A stretch of 63,667 bases of DNA from an uncultured Candidatus Saccharibacteria bacterium (GCA_964348395.1 CAYGCK010000003.1:26095-89761), one strand, 5' to 3'; shown: positions 9,097 through 19,191, counted from the first letter of the stretch. The notes: generated by a model from the letters alone, not told the origin. Program-made: numbers and translations.

Positions 9097-9368
9097 TTCT
9101 GAACTGCCCTTTTCAAGCCCGTTCCTGCGATAAAAGCCGGAGTTAAGTGTTCAGGTATATGGACACGCTGTCCTGTCTGGGGAACCCGACCAACGCGAGC
9201 TTTTCTCTTTCTAACTTCAAACGTCCCAAAACCAGTTATGGTGACACGCTCGCCGTTGGCCAAACCTCCAGCGATGGTGTCCAAAAAAGCGTTTACCACG
9301 CGCTCGGCTTGTACAAACGGGAGATTGGTTTTGCGGGAAACGTCGTAAATGACTGCAGTTTTATTCAA
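9093..9368 (-). CDS. hup: HU family DNA-binding protein
   Basis: 91 aa with GFGTFEVRKRKARVGRVPQTGQRVHIPEHLTPAFIAG, the HU beta-arm signature. Confidence 0.9.
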   Translation of the reverse strand: MNKTAVIYDVSRKTNLPFVQAERVVNAFLDTIAGGLANGERVTITGFGTFEVRKRKARVGRVPQTGQRVHIPEHLTPAFIAGTGLKRAVQK

Positions 9369-9402
9369 ATCAAGCTCACCTCCTAACCAATCGTACGCCT
9401 AC

Positions 9403-10227
9403 TCAAGAAAGATCCAAATCGATTCTCTTAATGCTTTCGGCAAAGTAAGAACTTTCGGTATTTATTATAACCGAGCGAAAAAACGCCGGTCCTTTCTCGA
9501 CCCACTCGAAAGGTCTCGCCTCGTCTCCTTTTAGACGGTTGATGATAATCTCCGGTTCAACCCCCAAGACGGAGTTTCGCGCTCCCGTCATTCCGATATC
9601 TGTTACATAGCCGGTTCCTTTGGGTAAAACAGTTGAATCCGCCGTTGGAACATGGGTGTGGGTTCCCAAGACTGCGGTGACTTTTCCATCCAGGAAAAAT
9701 CCCATCGCTTGCTTCTCCGACGTCACCTCCGCGTGAAAGTCAACCAAAATTACCTCGGGCTTTTGAGCTTTAATCTCCGGGAGGAGGAGCTCCACCTCGT
9801 CGAACGGGTTTCCGATGGAACCCTTTAGCCAATCGTTTCGGTTGTCGTCCCCGATTTTTTCTCCTAGATAGGTAATACCCAAGAGGTTCAAAACCGCAAC
9901 CTTAGCCGACCCAACCTCAACCACCTTATAACCCATCCCCGGTGTACCCTCCGGGTAGTTGGCGGGGCGGATGATACTTATATCCGGTTCGGAAAACGGC
10001 TCCTCGGGGTCCAGATGAAAGATATGATCGCCGGATGTGAAAAAATCTACGCCCAGATCCATAAGTTCCTGAAGATGTTTAATCTTTGCCCCGCGCCCAT
10101 GGGTTACGTTCTCCGCATTGGCGATTACAAAATCAATCTTTTCTTTTTTCTTGAGGTCGGGTAGAACCTCTTTTACGGCTCGCCTCCCAACCTTACCTAC
10201 AATATCGCCTATGAATAGTATTTTCAT
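9403..10227 (-). CDS. ymdB: YmdB-like metallophosphoesterase (2',3'-cyclic-nucleotide phosphodiesterase family)
   Basis: 274 aa beginning MKILFIGDIVGKVGRRAV, with ANAENVTHGRG and GTHTHVPTAD. It lies immediately downstream of rny, as in Bacillus. Confidence 0.8.
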   Translation of the reverse strand: MKILFIGDIVGKVGRRAVKEVLPDLKKKEKIDFVIANAENVTHGRGAKIKHLQELMDLGVDFFTSGDHIFHLDPEEPFSEPDISIIRPANYPEGTPGMGYKVVEVGSAKVAVLNLLGITYLGEKIGDDNRNDWLKGSIGNPFDEVELLLPEIKAQKPEVILVDFHAEVTSEKQAMGFFLDGKVTAVLGTHTHVPTADSTVLPKGTGYVTDIGMTGARNSVLGVEPEIIINRLKGDEARPFEWVEKGPAFFRSVIINTESSYFAESIKRIDLDLS

Positions 10228-11444
10228 GCCTGGTCTTCAAACCGTGCTTCGCGGATGACAACTACCTTGACCCCACCCGGCGTAACGACCTCTCCCCGAA
10301 TGCGTTTTGTGATATCGTGCGCCATTTTTTTAGCCCCCTCGTCGGAGACCTGCTCTGCCTTGACAATGACCCTAAGCTCCCGACCCGCAGAGATAGCGTA
10401 TGCGTCTTCGACTCCCGAAAAAGACTTTGCAATATCCTCAAGCTCCGAAATCCGCTTAACGTATCCCTCGACGTCCTCATAGCGCGCGCCCGGCCGCGAA
10501 CCGGAGATGGCGTCGGCGATGTAAACCAGCTCCGCCTCAACCGACTTTTTCTCCTCGCGGTCGTGGTGGGAGGCGGCGGCGTTTATGAGCTTCTCCGGAA
10601 ATCCAAAGCGCTCAAGTATTTTACGAGTTAGAACATCATGCGGCTCGTCTGATTCGGTGGTTGCGACCTTGCCGATATCATGAAAAAGCGCGGCGGCGCG
10701 GGTTAACTCGACATCCGCCCCAACCTCGGAAGCCATAAAACCGGCGAGCCTGACCATCTCGAGCGAGTGTTTGGCTAAATTTTGACCGTAGGAAGTCCTA
10801 AATTTGTAGCGACCTAAGAGCTCTATAATACCTTTAGGTAACCCCCCAAGCCCGGCTTCAAGAGCGATACGCTCCCCTTCTTTTTTGATCTCCCCCGCAA
10901 CCTCCTCCTTGGAACGCTCAACCGCCCGCTCGATTGACTCCGGCTGAAACCTATCCTCTTTGATAAGACGCTCAAGTGCGATCTTAGCAGTGTAGCGGCG
11001 GACGGGGTCAAAGCTCGAGAGTCGTACCGCCTTGGGAGATTCTTCCAGGTCAAGCTCTACTCCGGTCACACGTTCAAAGGTCCTGATATTTCGGCCCTCC
11101 TTACCGATAATCTTCCCCTTCCAACTCTCGTCCGGCAGCTCCACCACGGAAACCGTATACTCGGCCACGTACGACGTCGCCGCGTGCTCCATCGCAGAAA
11201 TTAGGATGTCGCGAGCTCTGTCCTCGACGGCGGACTCAATCTGCTCCTCGGCCTCGCTGATGCGCTTGGCGCGCTCGGATTCCAAATCCTGTTCCAACTC
11301 GCGAACAAGCATGCGACGGGCGTCTTCTCGCGACAAAGAGGAGGATTTTTGCAAAACTTCTATATATTTTTCTCTGAGCTGCTCAACGGGTAAACTTCCC
11401 AAATCGGGTTGTTGAGAGGCTTTTTTGGTTTTTCGTTTTTCCAT
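10224..11444 (-). CDS. rny: ribonuclease Y (KH + HD domains; N-terminal membrane anchor not apparent)
   Basis: 406 aa with a KH motif (GKIIGKEGRNIRTFE) and an HD domain (LFHDIGK...HH). The recA-rny-ymdB order is the same as in Firmicutes. Confidence 0.85.
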   Translation of the reverse strand: MEKRKTKKASQQPDLGSLPVEQLREKYIEVLQKSSSLSREDARRMLVRELEQDLESERAKRISEAEEQIESAVEDRARDILISAMEHAATSYVAEYTVSVVELPDESWKGKIIGKEGRNIRTFERVTGVELDLEESPKAVRLSSFDPVRRYTAKIALERLIKEDRFQPESIERAVERSKEEVAGEIKKEGERIALEAGLGGLPKGIIELLGRYKFRTSYGQNLAKHSLEMVRLAGFMASEVGADVELTRAAALFHDIGKVATTESDEPHDVLTRKILERFGFPEKLINAAASHHDREEKKSVEAELVYIADAISGSRPGARYEDVEGYVKRISELEDIAKSFSGVEDAYAISAGRELRVIVKAEQVSDEGAKKMAHDITKRIRGEVVTPGGVKVVVIREARFEDQA

Positions 11445-11532
11445 TTTTTATCATTAGCCTGCTTCAAACTTTCTTGAGAGAGTGTATCATTTCTTTAAAT
11501 TAGCCGCAACTAAGGGGTTTTAGGGGAGTCCT

Positions 11533-12558
11533 CTATTTCTCTTTGGTTTCCAGGGATTTTCTAATCTTCTCTTCCGCTTCCTGCGCTATTTTAGGATGCT
11601 CCCGCAAAAACTCTCTAGCGGCCTCTTTGCCTTGTCCAAGTTTTTTATCCCCGTACTCGTACCAGGAGCCGGATTTTTTGACAACCCCGTGCGCTTCCCC
11701 TAAATCTATTATCTCCCCCATTCTGTCAACTCCTTGATTGAACATTATGTCAAACTCAGCTTTCCTAAAAGGAGGAGCAACTTTATTCTTGACCACTTTG
11801 GCTCGAACGCGCGACCCTAAAATCTCCTCACCCCGCTTGATGGTTCCAATACGTCTTATGTCTATTCGAACAGAGGAGTAGAATTTCAAGGCTAGACCGC
11901 CGGGGGTCGTTTCTGGGTTGCCAAACAAAACACCGATCTTTTGGCGAATCTGGTTTGTAAAGACAACGGTGGAGTTAGTTTTGGAGATTATTCCCGCAAG
12001 CTTGCGAAGAGCTTGCGACATCAGTCGGGCTTGACGACCTATGTGCTGGTCCCCCATCTCCCCCTCGATTTCAGCCCTTGGCGTTAAAGCTGCAACGGAG
12101 TCGATAGCAATAAGGTCTACCGCGCCCGAGCGAACCAGAGTTTCTGCAATCTGTAGCGCTTGCTCCCCTGTATCCGGTTGAGAAAGAAGGAGATCGTCGA
12201 CGTTAACCCCAATTCGGCGGGCGTAAGCGGGATCAAGCGCGTGCTCCGCATCTATAAAAGCGGCCGTTTCCCTATTCTTTTGGGCTTGGGCGATAACATG
12301 GAGAACCAAAGTTGTCTTACCAGAAGCCTCGGGACCGTAGATTTCTATCACCCGCCCTTTGGGTACCCCACCAACCCCCAACGCCGTGTCCAAGCCAAGC
12401 GAGCCGGTCGAGATAGTTGAGACGTCGCGGGCGCGAGAGGCGACTTGCTCCCCGAGCTTCATGATGGAGCCAGTTCCGAAGGATTTTTCTATCTGTTCCA
12501 TCGCACTCTCAAGCGCTTTTTTCTTTCCTGAAGTTTCGGAGGTTTTTTTGGGCGCCAT
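11533..12558 (-). CDS. recA: recombinase RecA
   Basis: Walker A motif GPEASGKTT, plus the L1/L2 loops and the conserved core. The ORF track extends to 12618, but I prefer the ATG at 12558 (MAPKKTSE...). Confidence 0.95.
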   Translation of the reverse strand: MAPKKTSETSGKKKALESAMEQIEKSFGTGSIMKLGEQVASRARDVSTISTGSLGLDTALGVGGVPKGRVIEIYGPEASGKTTLVLHVIAQAQKNRETAAFIDAEHALDPAYARRIGVNVDDLLLSQPDTGEQALQIAETLVRSGAVDLIAIDSVAALTPRAEIEGEMGDQHIGRQARLMSQALRKLAGIISKTNSTVVFTNQIRQKIGVLFGNPETTPGGLALKFYSSVRIDIRRIGTIKRGEEILGSRVRAKVVKNKVAPPFRKAEFDIMFNQGVDRMGEIIDLGEAHGVVKKSGSWYEYGDKKLGQGKEAAREFLREHPKIAQEAEEKIRKSLETKEK

Positions 12559-12692
12559 AGCCTTTGGGGGCAGGGGGAATTCGATTTTGATATTAACGTC
12601 TGTGGCAAAGAAATGCAAATCAATTACTGGAAATCTAGAGCGTTGGAGGATAAAATGATCTTGCCCGACGGGGACTGGTGAAAGATGCTTTT

Positions 12693-12768
12693 CGGAGTGT
12701 GGCGCAGCTGGAAGCGCACTCGCATGGGGTGCGAGAGGCCGTGGGTTCGAGTCCCACCACTCCGACCA
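12693..12768 (+). tRNA. tRNA-Pro (anticodon GGG), CCA encoded
   Basis: Manual cloverleaf. Acceptor CGGAGTG/CACTCCG, D stem GCGC/GCGC, anticodon stem CTCGC/GCGAG with loop AT-GGG-GT (U33, G37), T arm GTGGG-TTCGAGT-CCCAC, discriminator A, then CCA. Confidence 0.9.
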
Positions 12769-12866
12769 AGAAAATTGCAGGAGGTCCGGAATACGCCTGC
12801 GGCGTATAACCCGCCTAAGGCGGGTTGCTCGAGTCCCGGGTCCCTGACCACTCCCTTCCTCACGCT

Positions 12867-13274
12867 ATGGAAAAAATCACCGTTACAACCAAGAAACCGA
12901 AAGAAATTATAGATATCACCAACGAAATAAACAGGAAACTTAAATCTGAAAATGCGTCGAGCGGACTCTGCCATCTCTTCGCCTCTCACACAACTTGCGC
13001 TTTGACTACCGCGGACTTGGACCCCGGGACAGATCAGGATATGTTGGATGCTTTTGAGGAGATGGTCCCAAAACTCCCCTATCACCACCCCCACAACCCT
13101 TCCCATGTAGGGGATCATATTATGAGTTCCGTTCTCGGACCGTCGGTTACCATCCCTGTTGAAAACGGACAACTGGTTCTCGGAACTTGGCAACGGGTGG
13201 TCTTAATAGAGCTCTACGGTCCCAGAGAGAGGGAGGTTATAGTGTCTTTCCTCAAGGAAGAGGACCGAAATTAG
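12867..13274 (+). CDS. yjbQ: YjbQ/UPF0047 family protein (secondary thiamine-phosphate synthase-like)
   Basis: Starts at [10 protein letters not shown]... and carries [24 protein letters not shown]...HVGDHIMSS...[17 protein letters not shown], the family signature. Confidence 0.8.
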   Translation: MEKITVTTKKPKEIIDITNEINRKLKSENASSGLCHLFASHTTCALTTADLDPGTDQDMLDAFEEMVPKLPYHHPHNPSHVGDHIMSSVLGPSVTIPVENGQLVLGTWQRVVLIELYGPREREVIVSFLKEEDRN

Positions 13275-13876
13275 GAAGAAAGGCGGTTGGAGACCTCTCT
13301 CCAATTGACAACGTTCCACCACGCCTCTATATATTCACCGCGGAGGTTTTGGTATTTGAGGTAGTAGGCGTGCTCCCAAACGTCGAGCCCCAGAAGCGGG
13401 ACATGCCCTTGGGAGATGGGGCTGTCCTGGTTGGGAGTCGCCGCGACCGCTAACTTGCCACCCGCGTCCTTGACCAACCAAGCCCAACCGCTGCCAAAAA
13501 GGTTTGAGGCGGCCTGCGTGAACTGCTCTTTGAACCTGTCAAAACTTCCAAACTCTTTCTCTAGCTCTTTCCTCAACCCTTCTCCCGGTTCCCCTCCCCC
13601 GCTGGGACTCATCGAAAGCCAGAAAAGCGAGTGGTTCAAATGACCTCCACCGTGATTGCGAACGGCGATGCGGGTATCCTCCGGGATGGAGTTGAGATTA
13701 GAAAGTAATTCTTCGACGGTTTTGGTTTGCAAATCCGAATATTTCTCCAAGGCGACGTTGAGTTTGTCCACGTAAGCTTGGTGGTGTTTACCGTGGTGAA
13801 TCTCCATAGTCTTGGCGTCGATATGAGGCTCGAGGGTGCTGTACTCATAGGGGAGTTTTGGAAGTTCGAAAGCCAT
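13271..13876 (-). CDS. sodA: Fe/Mn superoxide dismutase
   Basis: [12 protein letters not shown]...MEIHHGKHH...NHSLFW...[16 protein letters not shown] prefer the start at 13876 rather than 13894. Confidence 0.92.
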   Translation of the reverse strand: MAFELPKLPYEYSTLEPHIDAKTMEIHHGKHHQAYVDKLNVALEKYSDLQTKTVEELLSNLNSIPEDTRIAVRNHGGGHLNHSLFWLSMSPSGGGEPGEGLRKELEKEFGSFDRFKEQFTQAASNLFGSGWAWLVKDAGGKLAVAATPNQDSPISQGHVPLLGLDVWEHAYYLKYQNLRGEYIEAWWNVVNWREVSNRLSS

Positions 13877-13925
13877 AGATTTAAATCCTACCAAATTTAT
13901 AGTAATTGGTTAAACTGGAAAAGAT

Positions 13926-14456
13926 ATGATAAGAGCTTTTCTTGGCGTGCCTCTACCGCAGAGCGTAAAAAAGGAGCTCGGAAAGGAAATCAAAAAGCTG
14001 ACGACCGCCCTTTCCGATTGGAACGTAAACTGGGTAAAACCCGAAAATCTACACGTCACGTTGATATTTTTTGGATCTATCCCCGAGGAGGGGGTCGAGG
14101 CGCTTCAGGGGGAGATAGAACCCACTCTAACAGGCGTCGGGCCCTTCAAGGTTAAAACGGGGGCACTTTTCGCCAGCCAAAGGCCCGTTTGGCTTGAGAT
14201 CGACAAAGGAGGAGACAAACTCGCAGAACTTCAGAAGCGCCTCGCCGATAATTTATCCCTAAAAGGTGTGGAGGAGTCACGCCCCTTTCACCCCCACCTC
14301 ACCCTCGGTCGCGTCAAAAAGCGGGGCAGGGCGAAGCCGCCTAAAGCGAGTAAAAACTTCTCCTGGAAAGCAGATCGAGCGGTTCTTTACGAAAGTAAGC
14401 TTGACAGTTCGGGTTCGACGTATAAAGAACTGTTCTCTTTTACACTTTCGCAATAG
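13926..14456 (+). CDS. thpR: RNA 2',3'-cyclic phosphodiesterase / 2'-5' RNA ligase (2H phosphoesterase)
   Basis: Two HxT motifs (HVTLIFFG and HPHLTLGRV) at the expected spacing in 176 aa. Confidence 0.8.
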   Translation: MIRAFLGVPLPQSVKKELGKEIKKLTTALSDWNVNWVKPENLHVTLIFFGSIPEEGVEALQGEIEPTLTGVGPFKVKTGALFASQRPVWLEIDKGGDKLAELQKRLADNLSLKGVEESRPFHPHLTLGRVKKRGRAKPPKASKNFSWKADRAVLYESKLDSSGSTYKELFSFTLSQ

Positions 14457-14470
14457 TGCTATCACATTTT

Positions 14471-15151
14471 TCAGAGGTCATGAAGTAGTTTTAAAATTTC
14501 GACCGCACGAGCGGGGTTGCCTCTGCCTACTGGAAAGTAACATGGAATAACCCGCGGTTTTAGATTAGAACCCATCGATAAGTCAAAGGCTTTGAGACTC
14601 CCCTCCCCTACAACCTCCAAGTAGTAGTCTCCAAGTTTTATCTTTCTGCCGGTCAATCTTTCAAAAGGAATAAGCCCAAAGCTCACAATATAGGTGGGTT
14701 GAACGAGTTCTATTTCCCGCTGTATAACCGGTATAAAGAGTTTTGTCATCCCCGCGTCCGGTAAGGAGGCATCGCTACCGGTGCGCTTAACTAGATTGGT
14801 AATATATAAGCTTTCGCGCTTCATAAACTCCTCGAGTTCCTTTGCAAAAGAAACAGGCCAAGCGGCGGACTTCTCAATACTTCTCATAAGATTGTCCGCC
14901 AAAAAGCCCGCCTTATAAAACACCCTCCAAACCTCGCGAGTCCCGATAAAAGGATAACGAGGCCCTTCCCAATTCGGATCAGAGCTGATATTTCTGTGAG
15001 TGGGGTTAATAAAAACGAACATCAGCTTGGGTCTATCGGCTTGACCCCCGCCAACTATCGGTATTAACTTGTTTTCGGGAAAATATTTCTTGTTTATGGT
15101 ACGCACATGCCGCCATAGTTCGGACAAACTTTGCGCGCGCGACAGATCCAT
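14471..15151 (-). CDS. uracil-DNA glycosylase superfamily protein (family assignment uncertain)
   Basis: 226 aa. PKLMFVFINPT sits where UDG motif A occurs, and the spacing to a C-terminal loop is typical of the UDG fold. This is a weak by-eye assignment. Confidence 0.45.
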   Translation of the reverse strand: MDLSRAQSLSELWRHVRTINKKYFPENKLIPIVGGGQADRPKLMFVFINPTHRNISSDPNWEGPRYPFIGTREVWRVFYKAGFLADNLMRSIEKSAAWPVSFAKELEEFMKRESLYITNLVKRTGSDASLPDAGMTKLFIPVIQREIELVQPTYIVSFGLIPFERLTGRKIKLGDYYLEVVGEGSLKAFDLSMGSNLKPRVIPCYFPVGRGNPARAVEILKLLHDL

Positions 15152-15564
15152 TAACGTTTCGAGTACTGGGGACGTTTCCTAGCTTTTTTCAAAAAGTACT
15201 TTTTGCGCTCTTTTTTGCGAGGGTCGCGGGTCAAGAGACCGGCGTCACGAAGAGATTTGCGGTTTTTCTCGTCGACCTCGACCAAAGCACGGGCGAAACC
15301 CAGAACGACCGCTCCCAATTGTCCGCTTTTTCCGCCACCCGAGATCTTAACGGTCGCGTCGAACTTGCCCTCGGTTCCGGTCACCTTAAAAGGTTCGTTG
15401 TACGAGACTTTAGCGGCTTCTGAAGGGAAATACTCCCCTATTGGGCAGTCGTTCACGACAATTTGCCCTTTCCCGGGAAATAGTCGAACGGTAGCGGACG
15501 ATTCTTTCCTGCGCCCAACGGCCTGATAGAATTTTTGCTTGGTTTTAGACTTCGTTTCAACCAT
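15151..15564 (-). CDS. rpsI: 30S ribosomal protein S9
   Basis: GRRKESSATVRL...GGGKSGQLGAV...LTRDPRKKERKK..QYSKR. I prefer the start at 15564 (MVETKSK) rather than 15615. Confidence 0.9.
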   Translation of the reverse strand: MVETKSKTKQKFYQAVGRRKESSATVRLFPGKGQIVVNDCPIGEYFPSEAAKVSYNEPFKVTGTEGKFDATVKISGGGKSGQLGAVVLGFARALVEVDEKNRKSLRDAGLLTRDPRKKERKKYFLKKARKRPQYSKR

Positions 15565-15985
15565 TTTCCTTCTTTGCCCTTTCAACCATCTCGCCTTCCT
15601 CCCCGGGATAGACATAGAGCTTTGTTATCATTTTGCGACCGAGCTTTCCCTTTGGCAACATCCCCACGACCGCGTGGCGTATCACTTCCTCCGGACGCCG
15701 CTTCCTAAGCTCCTCCAACGTTTCCTCTTTGAGCCCACCGGGATAACCGGAGTGGCGATAGTAAACCTTCTGTTTCTCCTTTTTCCCCGTCACGGCAACC
15801 TCGCGAGCGTTTGTGATAACCACATAATCTCCCATATCCAGGTAAGGGGCCCAGTTACTCTTGTGCTTACCCATCAAAAGCTGTGCAACTTCAGTTGCCA
15901 AACGGCCCAAGATCTTACCCTTTGCGTCCAGAAGGTGCCACTCTCGTGTTACCTCACTTGCTTTTGTTGCTCTTGTTTTTTGCAT
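15557..15985 (-). CDS. rplM: 50S ribosomal protein L13
   Basis: REWHLLDAKGKILGRLATEVAQLLMGKHK... is the L13 signature, and the L13-S9 pair is present. Confidence 0.93.
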   Translation of the reverse strand: MQKTRATKASEVTREWHLLDAKGKILGRLATEVAQLLMGKHKSNWAPYLDMGDYVVITNAREVAVTGKKEKQKVYYRHSGYPGGLKEETLEELRKRRPEEVIRHAVVGMLPKGKLGRKMITKLYVYPGEEGEMVERAKKENG

Positions 15986-16400
15986 CTTTCTTTTTAGCGC
16001 GTACCGCGGTCTTTTTAACCACCGCCTTCTTGGTCCGAGCCTTTGGTTTCGCTTTTGGTTTTTCTTCCTCCGGAGGAGTTTTTATCTCCTCGACAAACTC
16101 GACTCTTGCCATCGGGGCATTGTCACCCAGGCGAGGGGGAAGCTTCACGATTCGAACGTAACCGCCAACCCTATCCTTGAACTGGGGAACTATCTGCTCA
16201 AAAAGTTTTACAGCCGCTGTTTTGTCAGGTAAAAGAGCAAGGATACGTCGACGGGCAACAAGGTCAAGTTTCTTCGAACGGGAAATCAACCGCTCCACCT
16301 CCTTTTTTAGATTTTTGGCTCTCGCCTCTGAGGTTTCTACCTTACCGTGAACGATAAGGGAGGTCAGAAGATTCCTAAGGCGTGGGGTAAGCTTCGCCAT
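15954..16400 (-). CDS. rplQ: 50S ribosomal protein L17 (Lys-rich C-terminal tail)
   Basis: LLTSLIVHGKVETSEARAKNLKKEVERLI...GGYVRIVKLPPRLGDNAPMA. It follows rpoA. Confidence 0.92.
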   Translation of the reverse strand: MAKLTPRLRNLLTSLIVHGKVETSEARAKNLKKEVERLISRSKKLDLVARRRILALLPDKTAAVKLFEQIVPQFKDRVGGYVRIVKLPPRLGDNAPMARVEFVEEIKTPPEEEKPKAKPKARTKKAVVKKTAVRAKKKDAKNKSNKSK

Positions 16401-16406
16401 CTCATC

Positions 16407-17363
16407 TTACTCCTTAAGGGAAGCGCTTAATTTTTTAAGCGCCTTTTTGACTTCGGATAACGCCGTCTCCCCAAATCCCTTTATATCGAGAAGGTCCTCT
16501 TCGGTTTTCTGTATCAACCCTCCCACCGTCTTAACGCTGGCACCCTCAAGCGTATTGAGTGTTCTTGGGGAAAGACCGAGCTCCGAAACCGGAGTTTTTC
16601 TAACCTCCTCGTCTACCTCTTCAACGGGCGATAGTTCTCCTTTGGGTTTTTCCTCCTTCTTGACTCTCCTACCCTCCACTTTCATCCCGGATATCTTCCC
16701 AAAATAATCTCGTAGTATTCCGGCCGCCGCCTCCACGGCTTCTGTCGGGTCTGTGGTTGCGTCGGTTGTAACATCCAGAATTAGTCTGTCCAAATCCGTT
16801 CTCCGCCCCACCCTTGTAGCTTCGACCGAAAAGGAAACGTTTACGACGGGGGTAAAAATGGAATCCATAGGTATAACCCCTACCTTTCCGCTCTCACGCT
16901 CCTCGGCCGGTCTGTAACCCACTCCGCGCTCGACAACAAGAGAAACCGAAAGCTTAGCTTTGGAATCCGTGAGAGTAGCTACCTTGAGATTCGGATTTGC
17001 GACCGCCGCCTCGGAAGAGATTTTAATATCCCTAGCTTTGACATCCTTAGTACCACGTTTCCCACCTCCAACCTCTATCGTTCCTTCAAATGGGCCGTCG
17101 GCGGTCACCTTGAAGCGCACGCGCTTCAGGTTAAGCATGAGCTCAACCACGTCCTCCTTTACACCCTTTATGGTAGTGAAAGGATGCGAAACCCCTTGAA
17201 TCTTTATCTCGGTAATGGCTCCGCCGGGGAGAGAGGAAAGGAGAACTCGTCTAAGAGCCGTCCCCAAGGTTACCCCAAAACCCGAGGGTAGCGGTTCGAT
17301 AATAAAACGCCCGCTTTCACCACTGACTTTTTCCTTTTTTATGGTTATGTCGTTAGTCTCCAT
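16407..17363 (-). CDS. rpoA: DNA-directed RNA polymerase subunit alpha
   Basis: 318 aa with an N-terminal dimerisation domain (FIIEPLPSGFGVTLGTALRRVLLSS) and a C-terminal HhH domain (LGLSPRTLNTLE). Confidence 0.95.
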   Translation of the reverse strand: METNDITIKKEKVSGESGRFIIEPLPSGFGVTLGTALRRVLLSSLPGGAITEIKIQGVSHPFTTIKGVKEDVVELMLNLKRVRFKVTADGPFEGTIEVGGGKRGTKDVKARDIKISSEAAVANPNLKVATLTDSKAKLSVSLVVERGVGYRPAEERESGKVGVIPMDSIFTPVVNVSFSVEATRVGRRTDLDRLILDVTTDATTDPTEAVEAAAGILRDYFGKISGMKVEGRRVKKEEKPKGELSPVEEVDEEVRKTPVSELGLSPRTLNTLEGASVKTVGGLIQKTEEDLLDIKGFGETALSEVKKALKKLSASLKE

Positions 17364-17411
17364 AGCTCGCTTACCGAGAGGACGCGGTCACCTCAGGCGC
17401 CCGCTAGTTCC

Positions 17412-17993
17412 CTACCGGGAATAAAACTCCAAGACTAGGCTTTCGTCAACCTCGGCACCGGCGTCTTCTCTAGCCGGCAGAGAGGTGATCTCTGCCTCTT
17501 TGGTTCTTTTGCTGACCTTAACCCAGGAAGGTTTGACTACCTCGTCATAAAGAGGAAGGTCTTTTTTGGCAAAGGTTATTTTATCACCAATATCAACCGA
17601 ATACGAAGGGGTTGTTACACGCCGGTCGTTTACTTTAACAAGACCGTGAGAAACAAATTGTCTTGCTTGAGGTCGGCTTTTAGCAAAACCGGCTCTGTAG
17701 ACCACATTATCGAGCCTCCTCTCAAGAATCTGCAAAAGAACCTCCCCAGTTTTTTCCTTACTTCCTAAAGCTTGTTCCAAATACCGCTTGAACTGACGTT
17801 CCCTAACGCCGTAGATCCTTTTGAGTTTCTGCTTCTCACGAAGTTGCTGCCCGTAGTCTGAAAGGCGACGGCGAAACCGTCCATGCTGACCCGGAGCTGA
17901 CATCCGCGTTTTAACCGGACAGTCGTCTCGCCCGCAAAGTGGTATGCCTTCTCGTCTGCAGAGTTTGTGTGTTGGTCCCGTGTATCTACCCAT
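17412..17993 (-). CDS. rpsD: 30S ribosomal protein S4
   Basis: MGRYTGPTHKLCRREG..., an S4 domain (RRLDNVVYRAGFAKSRPQARQFVSHGLVKVN), 193 aa. Confidence 0.95.
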   Translation of the reverse strand: MGRYTGPTHKLCRREGIPLCGRDDCPVKTRMSAPGQHGRFRRRLSDYGQQLREKQKLKRIYGVRERQFKRYLEQALGSKEKTGEVLLQILERRLDNVVYRAGFAKSRPQARQFVSHGLVKVNDRRVTTPSYSVDIGDKITFAKKDLPLYDEVVKPSWVKVSKRTKEAEITSLPAREDAGAEVDESLVLEFYSR

Positions 17994-18240
17994 TAAGGGT
18001 TCCTTTCAGTCGCAATTTGACAAGTATCATCTGCTCAATTGAAACCGCTTTGCGGTTAAACGCAGAATGCGTTTCCAAATATTTGTTAATTGGTAATTGA
18101 TATTTGATCATTTTCTTATACTCTCCTGCGCTTTTGGGGGCGTGGTCCATTGGACACGATCGCTGGCGCCAGATCGCTAGCAACGCTCCCCTGCTCTAGA
18201 TATCTAACGTTGTCTGAATCTTTAGCTAAGTAACCCACCA

Positions 18241-18615
18241 TTAAACCCTTCTCCTCTTCTTGGGACGAGGACCGTTGTGAGGTATTGGCGTCACGTCGGT
18301 AATTGAGGTCACGTCGAGTCCCCCAACCTTAAGGGATTTTATAGCAGAGTCACGACCCGGACCGGGGCCTTTGACCAAAACCGAAACCCTCTTAACCCCA
18401 AGATCCGCAGCCCTTCTGGCTATTGCTTCTGCAGCTTGAGAAGCGGCAAATGGGGTCGATTTTTTTGTTCCTTTAAACCCCGCGGTACCTGCAGAACCTC
18501 GGGTGACGACCCTACCTTCCTTATCTGTAACAACGATAAGGGTATTGTTGAAAGTCGAGGTGATGTGGACCACACCTTCTTCTGAAATTCTCTTGGTCTT
18601 CTTTCTTTTGGCCAT
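18241..18615 (-). CDS. rpsK: 30S ribosomal protein S11
   Basis: [21 protein letters not shown]...[13 protein letters not shown]...[18 protein letters not shown]. Confidence 0.95.
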   Translation of the reverse strand: MAKRKKTKRISEEGVVHITSTFNNTLIVVTDKEGRVVTRGSAGTAGFKGTKKSTPFAASQAAEAIARRAADLGVKRVSVLVKGPGPGRDSAIKSLKVGGLDVTSITDVTPIPHNGPRPKKRRRV

Positions 18616-18620
18616 TGTTT

Positions 18621-19025
18621 TTAGGTCTTCTGTGCCTTCTTGGCTTCGCGAGCAGATTTACTTGTTCCGCCAACCGTCATTTTTCGACCACGCCTTGTCC
18701 TTGCATTGGTACGAGTTCGCTGACCCCGAACCGGTAGTCCCTTCTCGTGCCTTATACCGCGGTAAGAACCTATTTCCTTGAGCCGCTTTATGTTTAAAGC
18801 GACCTCGGCCGAGAGCTCTCCCTCAACACGATGACCTCCTTTTTCTATGGCGTCGCGAATCCGCCCAATCTGCTCCTCATTTAGCTCCTTGACTCTCAGA
18901 TCCGCGGATATCCCGGCGTCACCTAAAATTTTCTTGGATAAACTGGGCCCGATCCCCCGAACGTACGTAAGGGCAACTCCGACCTTTTTATCCTGTGGTA
19001 TGTCGACTCCTGCAATTCTTGCCAT
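18621..19025 (-). CDS. rpsM: 30S ribosomal protein S13
   Basis: [26 protein letters not shown]...[26 protein letters not shown]. Confidence 0.95.
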   Translation of the reverse strand: MARIAGVDIPQDKKVGVALTYVRGIGPSLSKKILGDAGISADLRVKELNEEQIGRIRDAIEKGGHRVEGELSAEVALNIKRLKEIGSYRGIRHEKGLPVRGQRTRTNARTRRGRKMTVGGTSKSAREAKKAQKT

Positions 19026-19077
19026 CTTTATCCTTGTACCATTCTCGCTTCGCCCAAATGTTCAAGCCCTCCTCCCG

Positions 19078-19191
19078 TCATCCCTGCCTCTGCTTATGCT
19101 TAGGATTCTTGCACACCACGTACAAGCGTCCCTTGCGTCTGACGATTTTACAGTCTTTGCAGATCTTTTTTACAGACGCCCTAACTTTCAT
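19078..19191 (-). CDS. rpmJ: 50S ribosomal protein L36 (zinc-ribbon form)
   Basis: Not in the ORF track because it is under 60 aa. My translation is [37 protein letters not shown], with CxxC...CxxxxH ligands. Confidence 0.9.
   Translation of the reverse strand: MKVRASVKKICKDCKIVRRKGRLYVVCKNPKHKQRQG

Noticed and set aside
12790-12850. A possible second (degenerate) tRNA after tRNA-Pro. It has two GC-rich tri-loop hairpins (TACGCC-tgc-GGCGTA, CCCGCC-taa-GGCGGG) and a CGAGTCC T-loop-like string ending in ...GACCA.
   Set aside because: I could not build an acceptor stem, a D arm or a 7-nt anticodon loop, and the T-like stem competes with the second hairpin. It is more likely a pair of small hairpins in the yjbQ 5' region.
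12624-13193. A 189-aa minus-strand ORF.
   Set aside because: It runs antisense through tRNA-Pro and through the well-supported yjbQ gene, and its composition is not protein-like.
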